Origin: Marsupella aquatica
Taxonomy: Eukaryota > Plantae > Marchantiophyta
Length of the DNA stretch: 64,000 nucleotides
NCBI GenBank assembly: GCA_973895155.1
Contig: OZ316892.1
Coordinates: 3,785,223 to 3,849,222, forward strand
Reading direction: 5' to 3'
Position 1 is the stretch's first letter; each line of letters starts with the position of its first letter. The position numbers were made by a program, and so were the translations under genes. Under the pieces are notes generated by a model. The model was not told where the DNA came from and searched no databases. It saw only the letters and a list, made by a program, of their open reading frames with translations. Below, one piece after another: positions 10,573 through 23,016 of the stretch.

Positions 10573-13500
10573 AAGCTGTTTGCAAGGCCCCTTTCCCCCC
10601 TGTGGACTTACGAGCAGTCTGCTTGGTACGAGCCATACGTACTTGCTCCTAGCTCTCTTCCAGATAGGGAGAGCAAGAATGAATATATATACACCCGAGA
10701 ATCGAGTATCTGCAAGGTTACACACTACAACAAGCTTGGATGCCAGTGACTAAGTACTCAGAAGGGACCCAAGTACTAGCCTCAGAAGGATTCCTAGGTG
10801 CAGTTTGAGATGATGAGCAAGACTCGGTAGCTGATTGTCATAACTAGGCGTGAACCAAGCACTCCCCAGTATTATGACATATATTGTTCTTGTTGTTCAT
10901 GGTCAGTCCAGAATAATTTGTTTGCTCCACTAGCTTGCACATGGATCGATGGAGACGAAATGGATGGCTAGTTAGCTAGTAGACAAGTAACAAGACTAGT
11001 TGCAGCAGAGGTTACCATAGCTAGCTGCAACTGACTATCGATGGGAACCTTGTCTAGCTAGTTGGAGAGGACGGGTGACCTGCAGCATTGCTAATAGTGT
11101 TCCCGATTCTGTCCTTGTAGTCAAAGTACAAGAGTCCTAACCTGGACAAATGAAAATTGGAATCATCTATGTCCAGGCTTCTATTTGGGACAGGCAGATT
11201 GAAGAAACTGTATATTATTACTCTGTCTAGAGTCCTGACTAGCCCAGGAACAATTCGATCAATGCTGGTCACCCACCCTTCTTCTCCAACTCGTCAATTG
11301 AAAGCTCCCATCCTTCGTCAGTTGCAACTAGGTAGTTCTCATATAAATGCGGACCAAATTAGCGGGGTACGTACCGTTGTTAGTCAATTAATTTTTTTCC
11401 TGTTGTTGGTTGTTTAATATTTGCGTCAATTACCTGATCCAGGGAAAAAGGTCGATGCACTTGCTTTTTGATCGTTGATCACTTCTGATCGGTTCCCCTC
11501 TTCAACTTGCTTTCCCTGGGCCCTCACTCTTACTATATTAAGTGAACCCCCTTGAGAACAGACACCCCCCATGTACCCCTTCTTAATATTTTTGTTCACA
11601 AAAAAAATCTCCTTGTTAATGTAAAAATATTAACTTTTCTATTAAATTTTATCCTTTTGTAAATTATAATAGAGTTTTTCAAGGAATTGAAAACACCCTT
11701 GAATTTTTAAAATTGCAAATATCATACTGAAATAGATGAGACTGCATAGGGGACTTGTATGGCTGTTACGCCCAATGTTCAGGATACATATTTTATATAG
11801 ATGAACAAAATTAATACACTACAAGAATAGTTCTTCCTATAGTATACAAACAGACATGCACTCTCCTCTTAGTGTTTGCAACAGTGCTTCTAAACTTCTG
11901 GTTTCATGAGTACTATATGTATAATCGAGGGATAATACTCCAAAGTCTGAACCAACTATAACAAGCATTGGTTGAGCACCCGATACCCCCCTACACACGC
12001 AAACACATCTAGCCTCATACCTGGCTGTTTGATTCAAGAGAATTCAAAAGTAATCTTGTCCGTCCATGTGGGGTTGATCCATGAATCCCCATCAATCCCA
12101 GATTCCCAACATTTACTCAACTCCCGACTTAACTCCTAAACATGTGGGTAAACATGTCTACCCAAAACCATTTGTCCCACCATAAAGGGTCCCACAAAAC
12201 TAAACTTGCCTTAAGACAACAAATAATTAAATGTCTGATTTACTATATGAACACGTGTGCAAATGAGGTGATGACTGTATGTGTCCCAACCATATAGTGA
12301 CGCGTGTACTTGGCATTTTGGGTACCCTTGCGTAAGAATAATGTGACATGTATTTGATAAGAGCCTTATTACTAATATTGTGATGAATGTATATAAAGGG
12401 ATGTTGCCTACTTTAAAAATTATTATTAAAATTTGTTTGTATTACATTAAAAATACCCTTGCGTTGTTTGCACGTCCTCCCTGTATTAGTAATGCTGAGG
12501 GCCCAGGGCTTGCTTTACAACATTGTCTTTTACAAAAGTGTTCCGTGCAAAGTTCTTTACACCAAACTTTTATGTAAATGGATGTCATGGGCAACCAATG
12601 TAGCAAATGTGTTGTCAATTTCACAAGACTATCTAACGTAAGCAAAAGCTTTCAAAGGTTACTGCATTAGTATGTGGAAGTCTTCATGGGTCCCTCATTC
12701 TCTTAATTGTGTGGAGTTGGATGATTTTGAACATGCCCAATGTTTGTGATGAGCCTTGAGTGTTTTCTAACTCCAAAGTTGGGTCCCTCTAAGGTTGCTA
12801 CCGGATTGACCATCAAAATTTTGACTAAGATTGAGCTGAATGTCTTTTTTTATAAATAATATAAGTTTTTCATTCCTCAATATGATGGCCTTATGTCCAA
12901 TTTGGCATGTTATGTTTGGTTTAGTCCACTTAACTCTTGTACCTTGCAACCCAAGGAAGTACAAAATGTAACTTTGAAAGAACATTAAACATGTTTTTAT
13001 ATGATTTTTTTTGGTCATAACCAAATGTCAAAATGGTTTTTTAGATACAAGGGTCTTCAACCAAACTAGCCAGCTTTTAAGGATTTATATTACATACTTT
13101 CTAATTAGCTTTTAATAAAATTAACAACAAGTTTATGATCTTTTAAAATAACTTTTTAGTATCAGTACTGTCCCCCCAAATTGAGCTAAATTACTAAGAT
13201 CAACCAATTCGTTAAAACTGGAATTTGAATTCTCCAAAACTTGTAATGAATATTCCAAAAATAATGTCAAGAAATTCCAAAAAATGTTATTTAAATTTCC
13301 AAAATTGATTTAACAAAATTCCAAACATGTTATCAAATTTGATAGATGTGCTTGTGATTCTTCAAAAATTCAGCCATGTTGGGATGTAGGTACAAGTTTA
13401 ATTTATTATTTACTATCTTAGTAAAAAACCATCAGTGCGACTACTATATTCAAAACATCATTCAAATGAACAAGTATTCTTGCGTAGTTGTGTTTGAAAA

Positions 13501-16500
13501 TCAAATACATAGTGCTACTATTCACTACATGATCAAAATGAGGGTCAAAATAGATCATTCAAGGGAATCACAAAGTTTAAAATTTTAAAGAAACCAAATA
13601 TTTATATATAATTGAGTTGCACATTGAACTTTGTCTACTCTATCTAATGGCGCTCGGCCAAGATTGAAGAAAATTGAACTAAAGGACACTCTGAACAATG
13701 CTTATTTGAGCATGTTCCTAATTTTCCCTGCCTATCTACTTCTCTATCACGATTAAAACCATCTCGAGTGTGCAAGTTTTTAAATTTTGAAGAAAGATCT
13801 CGTGTCATTTGAACCAACGACAAAAACCGTATGGGATCATAAGCATGATCAGTATGCCAACCGCGCATTCCAAGATGTTTTCCAATCTTGCAAACCCACT
13901 AGTAGAAACCGGGGTAATTTAGACCATACCTTATAGGACTAAGCCCACTAAGTCCTTCTTCCATACTTTAAATGACTCGCATCCATTGCCAAGGTTTTGT
14001 TAAAGACTATAAAAGACTTTGAGTGTTTTCCGGTTTAGTTAAAGACTATGAAAAGTAACCTTGCTACTTTGTGAAGGGTGAACACTCTAGGACATCATGG
14101 GTTTTGTTCTTGGAATCACTCTAAAGGTCCACACAAAGACTAGTATAATACAAAGTCTTACAAGGGTTCATGATAAGAGTATACTTAAGAAGGACCGGCG
14201 ACATGCTACTTTTTGGCCTAAGTGCTTAAGGACATGCCTTGTATATATCACCAACCTTAACTAACATTGCACCGTAAATATCCATGTAACGGGTACTTTT
14301 CATAACTTAGGGTACAACTGTACTGGAGGGCTTAGGGTGGTTTCTAACCGGAACCGGAACTAATGCATCACTATAACCCTAGCTAGGTACAACTCCCACA
14401 CCATGATATATTCCGCATTGCCAACTAGTGTCATTTTAATAGGGTCATGGCCACTAATTGGCACAATGAACAGTCTAGCCCATGATTGATTTTAGTCTAA
14501 ATGATGGTGCCTTTTGATCCAAGATTAATTCCACAAGGGGGGGGGGAGGGTTAGGGTGGGGCACAACTAATTAAGTGGCCATGACTTTGTCACCAAAGGA
14601 TTTTATTTAAAGTTATCCTTAACTCGTGTTAGTTTTGTGTCTTTTGTTGCCTAACACTCTGGCGCGGACGTACTTATTATGCTCAACGGGTCACCTCAAC
14701 GGAAACGAGCTTACATGACTGCTTGCACTAAGTCTTGGGTTAGGGTGACTGTGCTTTGGTCATCATAGCAAATTAGGAATATTGCATTTTAGGACTGGAT
14801 TTAATGTTGGGCAACCTTAATCCTGATTATGGCACAATAGAATGCCACTATGTGCCGACCATGTATGTGCAAATATGACCATTCATTGCCTTCTTAGGGT
14901 AATTTGCCAGGCCATTTTTGCCTTGTTGGAGTCCACTAGTGTTTACAGAACATATGCTTCTGTGCTCAACGGCTCACCCCAACGGTTAGGGTTTTTCATT
15001 GACAATGAGCTTTCTCGATCAGTCCAAGCGTCATGCTGCTCTAAGTGTATACACTCTTGCCATCCCGAGCACCTCACGCGAGTTGTGAGCAGTTGCATCC
15101 TCCTGTTGTAAGTGCATTGATCTGCCAAGCGTTCAAATGCAAAGCTGCTAGCGTCTACTCCCTGTGCTGGTTGAATGTGTAGCGCTGTCTTGTGACGATT
15201 GAAGATTGCCCCTTACCTTTTACCGCCATCGCTGAATGCAGGATTGACCCGAATATAGCACCTGTGCAGAGGCATTGGGTGAACATAGTGAATGCCGTTT
15301 GTGTCTTGTGCAAGGTTGTGGGCCTAACGTTCGTGAGTCGTGAGCTGTAGACTACATGCGACTCCAAAGGAGGCATTGGGGAGGACACGGTGAAGCAACA
15401 AGGAGCGGCGCGGGAGCTTAGAGTGGGCCAACGCTAGCTGAATCCAATCCAGGAGATGTTGCGCTAAGGTGAGACTCTGAGTTTAGGGTTGCTTCAGTGT
15501 CCACGTAGGTTTTCTGTTTGCGTCGGCAGCTAGAAGGTAAGCTCGGGGGCTTTACAAAGGGTTAGTGTTGCAGACTTTCCCTCCTGGACGTTGCGTGTCT
15601 TCATTTGCAACTTGTTTGTGGACCTGTGATCCTGAGACTGTCAAAATTGTTGTGGCTGCACCGACAACTTGACGACGCATTTTGTGGATGCACCGTTAGT
15701 AATCGCGACTATAGCTCTCCAATGATTGCACTTACCATTTTTGACCACCTTGCATGATGTCCATCCGTGGGCTGGACCCTAGGGAGTAGATTTTGGTACA
15801 TTTCGGTAGATTTTGTCTATGCCCCCGGTCCTCATTTTGTGCAATGTCCGCCTGGCACTTGGTTCTTGATCCCTACATTGTCGTCTGCCGCTCGGCTGCT
15901 TGCAGAAGGGATCGAACAGATTGGAGGTCACTGTGGACTGACATTCAGGCCTGGGTCAAGCAAGGAGGTTAGAGTTGAAGTCGCCTATGCTTGGCCTTCT
16001 CTATTTTCTCTGCTTGCCACTGCCTCTATTGTTGCTTACCATTTGCAGCTGGTGAAGCTGCATGCGGGTTGCATCTATTCTACGGGCGCGCTACGGGTAT
16101 TTTATGGATTGTGGACTTTATGTGGTGCGAGAATCGGTAACAACATGAACCGGACTTTTTTTACAGTCTTGGAATGTGCGTGAGCTATGAAGGTTGCGCT
16201 TCAGAGCTGATATTCCTGTCGCCGCCTACTCCCATTGTTGTGTGTTCGTAACGTTGTGCATCGTAACGTTGGAACTCGGAGCTGAGCTGCGCACTGTCAA
16301 CCATCAAGCGCTGTTGCGCGTTGTCAACCAAGAGGAGATGCCGCATCCCACATTGAGTTGAACATTCAGCTAGGGACCTGAGCTGCGCACTTTCAACCAT
16401 CGAGCAACGACCAAGCTTGGCAGCGCTCTAGGATTTATCGGCCACATTGACAAAGCGGAAGACAGAGGTGAGTGTTTGTGCACCATTAGAGTAACCGCGA

Positions 16501-18736
16501 GTACTCTATTACATGCCTTGTTGTTCTCTATTACATGCCTTGTTCTCCCGTCCACTGTTTCCTGCGATTTTCTTTCTTCCAGAAGATAATGGTGATTTCT
16601 TCTTCAATCAAACAAAACCCCACCCAACCACCACCCAAGAACGTGGGGTGTGCGCTACTTAATCCTCCTCAAACTGGCCCATTGTTCATTGAAACCCCAT
16701 ATATTACCCCCCGGCACCAAGGGACCAGTCCCAACCTGTCTTCCGCTTGCCACCCTCTTCACTCTCTCGCACATCTATCTCCCGATATTTCACGCGTAGC
16801 CGAGCCCACCGAAAGCTCTCTCCCTACAATCCCTCCCAAATCAACTTTCTCGTTTCCTGCTGCTGCTGATGTATGTTTGTTCTCCCCTATTTTTGGTTAC
16901 TGAATTTGGTCTCTCCACACTTCTTGCTTGACATTACTGTTTTGCTCCTCCCTGGATCCAAACATGCCTTGTGCCCCGTGCTCCGACTTGCATCCTTTTC
17001 TTTACTAAGGGGGGGACCATAGCCTCCAGCCATACCTTGGATGTCGGGCCTGGTCAAGACGGTGGTCGGTAGCTCGTTTTTGCTTTTTTCTCTTTTGTTT
17101 CCCAAGCTTCTGGGCAAGGGCATTACCATTCTGGATTCTCCGCGAGGCGCCACTAGCTTTTTTTCTCGGTTGCCTGTGTGCCTGCCTTCTTAGTTTTGTT
17201 TTTTCCTCAAGTGACCGGGCCATCGCTGTATGCAGATTTTTCTTGTTGTATTCATATACAGTATTTTATTGTTCTATCTAGGCTATGGCAAGCCAACAAA
17301 CTGTTGACAACCAACATGGAATAACAACTATGCAGTGCAATGGCAGAGGACACTGTCCAATACAGGAATGACATGGTTATGTTTTCAATTCCCTGCTTGG
17401 ATGAGGCGTGGTGTTGCTTGTAATCATGTATTTCTTCACACTAGAAAAGCAGTTTGTCAGATGAGGTTGTCGGGATTGTCTGTGGGTCAGTCATCTTACG
17501 GACACCTAGCAACGTCAAATGAATGGCGGAAACGGGCCATGTTGTCATTTTGAAATTTGTCTTTCCTTTTGCCATGCTACCCAATCATTTTGTTAGTCCA
17601 TGAGTCATAGATTCATAGATTCTATGTTTTGTGCTTTGTCTAGAATGCTATGGCGCCCATGCTACAATTTGTGGTTTTTGTCTAAGCACAAATCCTCTCT
17701 GTGCCTGGTCTCTGTGTCCCGTCATTTGGATTGATTGTGCATACGTTTCCTCTTCTCCCAGTCCTTGTCATCCACCAGCCAAAGCACATTGGATTGTTTT
17801 CAAAGGAGGGCTGTGTAGTTTGGAGGGTTTGATCTATGCAGCGGATTTGAGCAGATTGGCGGTTGTTAGTTTCTTCTTGTAAAACCTGTCTGTCTTTTCT
17901 GCTTTTGGCCATGCTCCTTCACTTCTTGCTGCAAGCTCAATGTGCTTCAGCTATGGCAATATTCACTTACCCTATCCCAACGGCACTACCGTGAGCTGTA
18001 GGACAGCCAACAGAAGCAGATTGTATCGATTGCATGTAAGTCAGGGTATTTTATGTATTGCGGAACAACTGTCCAAGTATGCTGCAATGGTCGGTCTTGC
18101 GCAGCTGAATGAGCCAATTTCATTTTCCCTGTGCACTTCTATTTCTCAGAGAATTCCCTGGTCATGCTCATTTCCCCCAGAGTTAGAAAACAAAGAAGAA
18201 GAGCTGACTAATTGTAATTCCAATCCATATCCTGATCGGTCAAGGATTGTTCACTACATTGGCCTTGTCATTGGCCGAGGTCACCAAATTTTGCTTGTTT
18301 TCATTCCTGTGGAGCACTGCTGTGATGGATTTGTCGTAGCATTCTGCAAACTCTCACGGTTTGCTTATGGCCATTATTTGCAATTTGCTGCTACTAATAT
18401 GTCTTCTTCTGAGCAGCATACACCAGAAGTAAGCAATAGTGGAGGTTTAACTGCACATCAACACATCTAGTGAACTACCTCTCTGCTGCTCACTGGAGGG
18501 TGAGACTTTCACTCTTTCTGGATATTGTAGTTTGTAAGCAAGTTGATTAGGAGTGTTTCATGCTATGTTTACACTGTGACCCCTAGCTGGAACCAATGGA
18601 ATGACACAGTGAGTGGGAACTGATAATTTAAGGTTGGTTGTTGTTGGTGAGGCAAGTACAGCTCCTGCTCACCTTGCTGATCGAAGGTGCTTATCAGAGG
18701 ACGTGAACACACGACATCTCCACAAAAGCAACACTT

Positions 18737-19186
18737 ATGGTGAGGACCCGCAACGCTGAACATGTGCGGCTTGCACGCAAGGCAGAGATGTTGCGCCTTG
18801 AGTATGTTAGACTTGGGATCCTTCCAGCCCAGTCTGCATGGTACTTTGAGTACCCAGTTGTTGCCAGGAACAACTACAGCCGGCCTGTACCTGCTTCTCC
18901 ACCCTTCCCAACATCCTTGGTATTTCTGTCTCTTGTACATGACCCGCCACAAATTAGGGCCCAAGGGTGTGTGCACAGTTGCCAATATGACTGTCCTGCC
19001 TGTAGGGCTTCTGGCCTAGAGTTGGATGACCGTTCTCTTGGATGTCGGTTTTTTCACAGAGCACAATGTATCATCTGGAACCACTCGCCATCCTGCAGTG
19101 TGCCTGGCGATGTCACTTGTCCTGCCCTCCCAGACCCCACCACCGGTCACTTTGGTGTCTACACATGTTTGGATCACACGCTCTAG
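18737..19186 (+). CDS. Small Cys/His-rich ORF of unknown function inside the CACTA element
   Basis: 149-aa ATG ORF starting MVRTRN with CVHSC, CPAC, C...H...C...H clusters; no family recognised. Confidence 0.35.
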   Translation: MVRTRNAEHVRLARKAEMLRLEYVRLGILPAQSAWYFEYPVVARNNYSRPVPASPPFPTSLVFLSLVHDPPQIRAQGCVHSCQYDCPACRASGLELDDRSLGCRFFHRAQCIIWNHSPSCSVPGDVTCPALPDPTTGHFGVYTCLDHTL

Positions 19187-19855
19187 AGGACCACTTGTCA
19201 CACCGCATGCACAAACCAGAGACCATTGACCTATAACTTAACACTTTGACTTGAACAGAGAGGATATTTACTTAAGATTTTGAATTATGACCAATTTTGG
19301 GTCTAGGGTTTAGGGTCAACAGTACATAACTTATCCTATTATGGCTGCACTAAGTACAATATGCTAATTTAAGAGGCTAGCAAGCTCACTTAAAAGTCTC
19401 CTTTCAAAGACTGGAATTAATGGGCCATGTGATAACCTGGAAAAAGTGATTTATGCCTAACTTATTTGTCTCATTCACTATCATAGCCTATTTAGGATGT
19501 ATAAATTACAACCCTGATCACACTGCTTGATACCAATCCTGTTCAAAAAATGCCTGTTTTACATGTCACGACTGTTATATGTGATTCAAATGCATTAAAT
19601 CTTGTTGCAGATCTCCTTTGGTGAATCATAGCCACAAAATTGAGGTGTAGGTGGAGCTATTGTACGAGGGGATCAGTTTTTAGTGTGGGCTCAACAAACC
19701 AAAAAGTATGTCTACTCTGCACATGTGTGTGAACATTTCATTGTAGTAGCAATTGCCACTCTAGTCTATATGCTACACTGTACTTTTTGTACACTACACT
19801 AAATTGTATTGTCTGTGCACTCTGCTAAATTGTACTATCTGTCTCATGCGTAGGC

Positions 19856-20535
19856 ATGGCACACCCTAAAATCCGAGCCAAGAAGCGGGGGACAGAGGTG
19901 AGCAACACAGGTGTAGTTGGGCCAGATGGTAGTAACTTCTCCGCAAGTCAGATTTTCCAGAAGGCAGCTCATTGATGTGCCATTTGTGACGATGGTGGTG
20001 GCTTAGCCATATGTGAGGGCCCTTGCATGAGGCATTTCCACCTCAACCCGGAGTCTGACCTTGCTGCAGAAAACAATGTCCAGGGGTGGGCCTCCCGTCA
20101 GCACACCAGGGAGGCTGGATGTGCACTGATTGTTTGGAGAAGCAGGCTAAGTGTGCACAGTGTGGGAAGTTGGGGTCTTATGAGGGCTCTGTTGATGCTC
20201 CACCACTTGTTAGGAAATGCCCTGACAGATATTGTGTGAGGTTCTTTTGTTTTTCATGTTTGCCCGATCTTGCCACAGCTTGCCCACTTCATAAGTGCAA
20301 GGCATGTGGTCAGCACGATGAAGATTTCTGGGTGGACATAGTCCACTGTGTTAGGTGTCCCACCATGTGGCACTTTCATTGTTTGAAGGAGCGTCAAGCA
20401 GAAGGCTATGCTTGTGACAGACACATCTATGATCACTCAGCACATGGTGTTGATCGATGGATCTTCTATTGTCATCGCCATGCCATAGATCCTACTTTGC
20501 ACACTCCCATGAGAGATCACATTTCTTGGCTTTGA
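19856..20535 (+). pseudogene. EDM2-like atypical PHD-finger module (CACTA cargo)
   Basis: CAICDDGGGLAICEGPCMRHFH...CTDC...CAQCGKLGS...CPLHKCKAC...CVRCPTMWHFHCL...IFYCHRHAIDPTLHTPMRDHI follows the EDM2 PHD region; one stop near 19974 and one frameshift near 20077. Confidence 0.8.
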
Positions 20536-21133
20536 ACCTGAATAATGTACATGCATAGTGCACCTGATGTGGATACCTTGGAGATTGCAGACATTCCAAT
20601 TTTGAGAAGAAGGACCTCTGTAGGAGAGGATGCTTAGGCAACAAGTACCCTAAGTTCATTACTTGTTCCTGGGTACATGCCTTCAAAAACTCCCCTTAAG
20701 CCTTCTAGGAACTTTTTTAACTCTGCAATCATTTTGATCACGACTTACATGACACTGCTTAAATTAAATCAGGACTTCTCATTATGAGCATATAAGTTAC
20801 AAGGCTATTTAATTTGCGAGAATTCCCTTAAAGTGTACCAACATTTTGTATTCTCATTGAATGTCTGCCCATTTACAACATCTGTATGTGGCATCACAAA
20901 ACAATTGCACTTGTCACCTTCAATATTGTGAAGGCACATATTCAAACTATGAGGTGCATGCTTGTAGGTGTCTAGTACGTTTGTCCCAATATTTCTCCCG
21001 TTTGGAATCGGAGCAGAGACTCACCAGACGACTGGACTGGACCAAGTTATAAACGCAGCATTTTAAGGGCCCTCCGATTATCAGGTGAACGCATTATCTT
21101 CTGGTCTGCAGTGATTAGGTGGCCCGTGTGTAC

Positions 21134-21981
21134 ATGGCCTCTAGGAAATGTACAAAGGTTGACCACCCGCCTCTGTTGGCTGGAATCAAAGCCATTTTGA
21201 TTCCTGGCCACTATGGGTTCACCCAAGTGAGTTGGCCAATCGTACAAAAACGATTCTCAGAGTTCCATGGGACTGAAGTCAAGGACATCACTCCACAGAC
21301 TACACATGTTGTTGCGGGGACATGGCTAGATGTGATGAACAAGTGGTCATGGTCCTTCATTGATTCTGCCATTACCAACCAAGGTCTAAAAGTAGTTGAA
21401 GTCTCTTGCTGACCAATTTTGTTAAACATAGGTGTGTACAGAGTACTGAGCAATATGAGTTGTGGGAGAGTGAGGAGGCCATTGTAGAGGCTTTGGCTGA
21501 AAAGGAAGCCTATGAAGCAGCGGCAGAGAAACCCAACTTTGCTTCTGTCCAATATGGACCTGTTGTCAACATAGGACACCATCCTATGCGTGCAGATGCT
21601 ATATTGAATGAGCATGGCAAGGAGAGAAATACCATTATGAAGGGGTTCAGTGTGGTATTTGCAGAAGAAGGAATTGGGGAGACTAAGTGCAGACTGTACA
21701 AGTCCATAGTTGTTGAGCTAGGTGGGACAGTGGAGGAGAGTCTAACAGAAACCTCCACTCATGTTGTAGGTCTGTCATACATGAAAATATGCAGAAAATT
21801 CTTTAAGACAATAGTGCGTGATTTTGTCATGAACAACAATCTTTGGGTGCTTTCCCCTGATTGGCTTCTGGAATCAGCAGCTAGAGGGAAGCGACAGAAT
21901 GCTTGGGACTTTGATATTTTTGAGGCCTGGCCCTCCAAGATTCAACGGAGATGTATGCTTAGCAAAGGTGGGAGAGAGTGA
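21134..21981 (+). pseudogene. Tandem BRCT-domain protein (CACTA cargo), frameshifted near 21407
   Basis: BRCT2: KGFSVVF...ELGGTVEESLTETSTHVV...VLSPDWLLESAARGKR; BRCT1: LAGIKAIL...FHGTEVKDITPQTTHVVA...LKVVEVS(W)LTNFVK. Confidence 0.75.
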
Positions 21982-22121
21982 GGAGTAGGAGTCCCTCATA
22001 TTTTTGTATAAATCACAATTTTGTAATAAATGTGATCCTTGAACTAACTCATCTTGTCATGGTTGGTCGCAGTTGAAGTGATTGTTGTTTCCTGCTGCAT
22101 GGGGTGTGACTGTGAATCTAC

Positions 22122-22691
22122 TTGCTGGGCTCTGTTTGGCTGAAGACTTTGGTGGGCATGCTGCCTCTTCCAGACCGTCAGGCCCTATGTAGGGTCCTCC
22201 TACGGGTTGCATCGTGCATGGCTACTGCTTGGGCTTACTTGTGTGGATTGGTAACCAGACAGAGTGTAGCTCCATCCGAGATAATGCCTGCAGACCTTGG
22301 ATGTGTTGTGAATGTTGTGGTGAATGAGGATGCACAGTCGGAAGAGGACATTTACTTTTCAGCAGATGAGTTAGACAAGCACGATGCTGTAGGTGGTTCC
22401 TTGTTGCCTGATTTGGCAGATGATATAGTTCTTACACAAGTCTGGCCGAGGGTTCTTGTGGTGTCTGGCGCACAAGATATCTGCAAATATAGACTAATTA
22501 GTACCCAGTGGAGGGACTTGGTAGCAACATGTGCACCATGGAGGGCACTGCTGCCACTGCTTGTAGGCACGGATCGAAGACCACCATGGCATGAGCAGGG
22601 TTTAGACCTTGATGACTTAATGTACATGCCTGAGTACCTCAGGGCTGAGTGGCATCGACAACAGGATTGGTATCCGTATTTGATGTGGTAG
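22122..22691 (+). CDS. Small F-box-like protein (CACTA cargo)
   Basis: SLLPDLADDIVLTQVWPRV...ICKYRLISTQWRDLV...WRAL. Confidence 0.6.
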   Translation: MLGSVWLKTLVGMLPLPDRQALCRVLLRVASCMATAWAYLCGLVTRQSVAPSEIMPADLGCVVNVVVNEDAQSEEDIYFSADELDKHDAVGGSLLPDLADDIVLTQVWPRVLVVSGAQDICKYRLISTQWRDLVATCAPWRALLPLLVGTDRRPPWHEQGLDLDDLMYMPEYLRAEWHRQQDWYPYLMW

Positions 22692-23016
22692 TAAGATGAG
22701 GACATCTCACACCGGTCTCGCACCTGGCACCTGTGTCTATGACTATACATGATTGGACTCTGATATGGTCATGGATGTACGTGCAGAGGCAGTACATGTG
22801 AGGACAGTGGAGGAGTTGACACCCTCAAACATTTAGGAATTTTGTCTCATTCACTTGAGAATAGGTACATGACTCAGGCACCTATATTTTTTGTTTTTTT
22901 GTTTTTTTGGAACGTTACGTATTTTGGCAAGTACAGTCGGGGTGAAATCCTTAACAGGAAGTGTATTTTTCACTTGCATAATAAACTGACAGGGTGCTGA
23001 GTGCGTGTGTATAGTG

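Larger units (their letters stand above)
9766..10636 (-). pseudogene. Intronless histone H3 (H3.3-type) pseudogene interrupted by a TRIM, a 91-bp duplication and a 1-bp frameshift
   Basis: Reconstructs as [30 protein letters not shown]...[17 protein letters not shown]...[20 protein letters not shown]...[30 protein letters not shown]; Y41/H87/L90 are plant H3.3 residues. Confidence 0.93.

Noticed and set aside
11817-11830. CACTACAAGAA as the start of a second CACTA element
   Set aside because: No matching inverted end or TSD found
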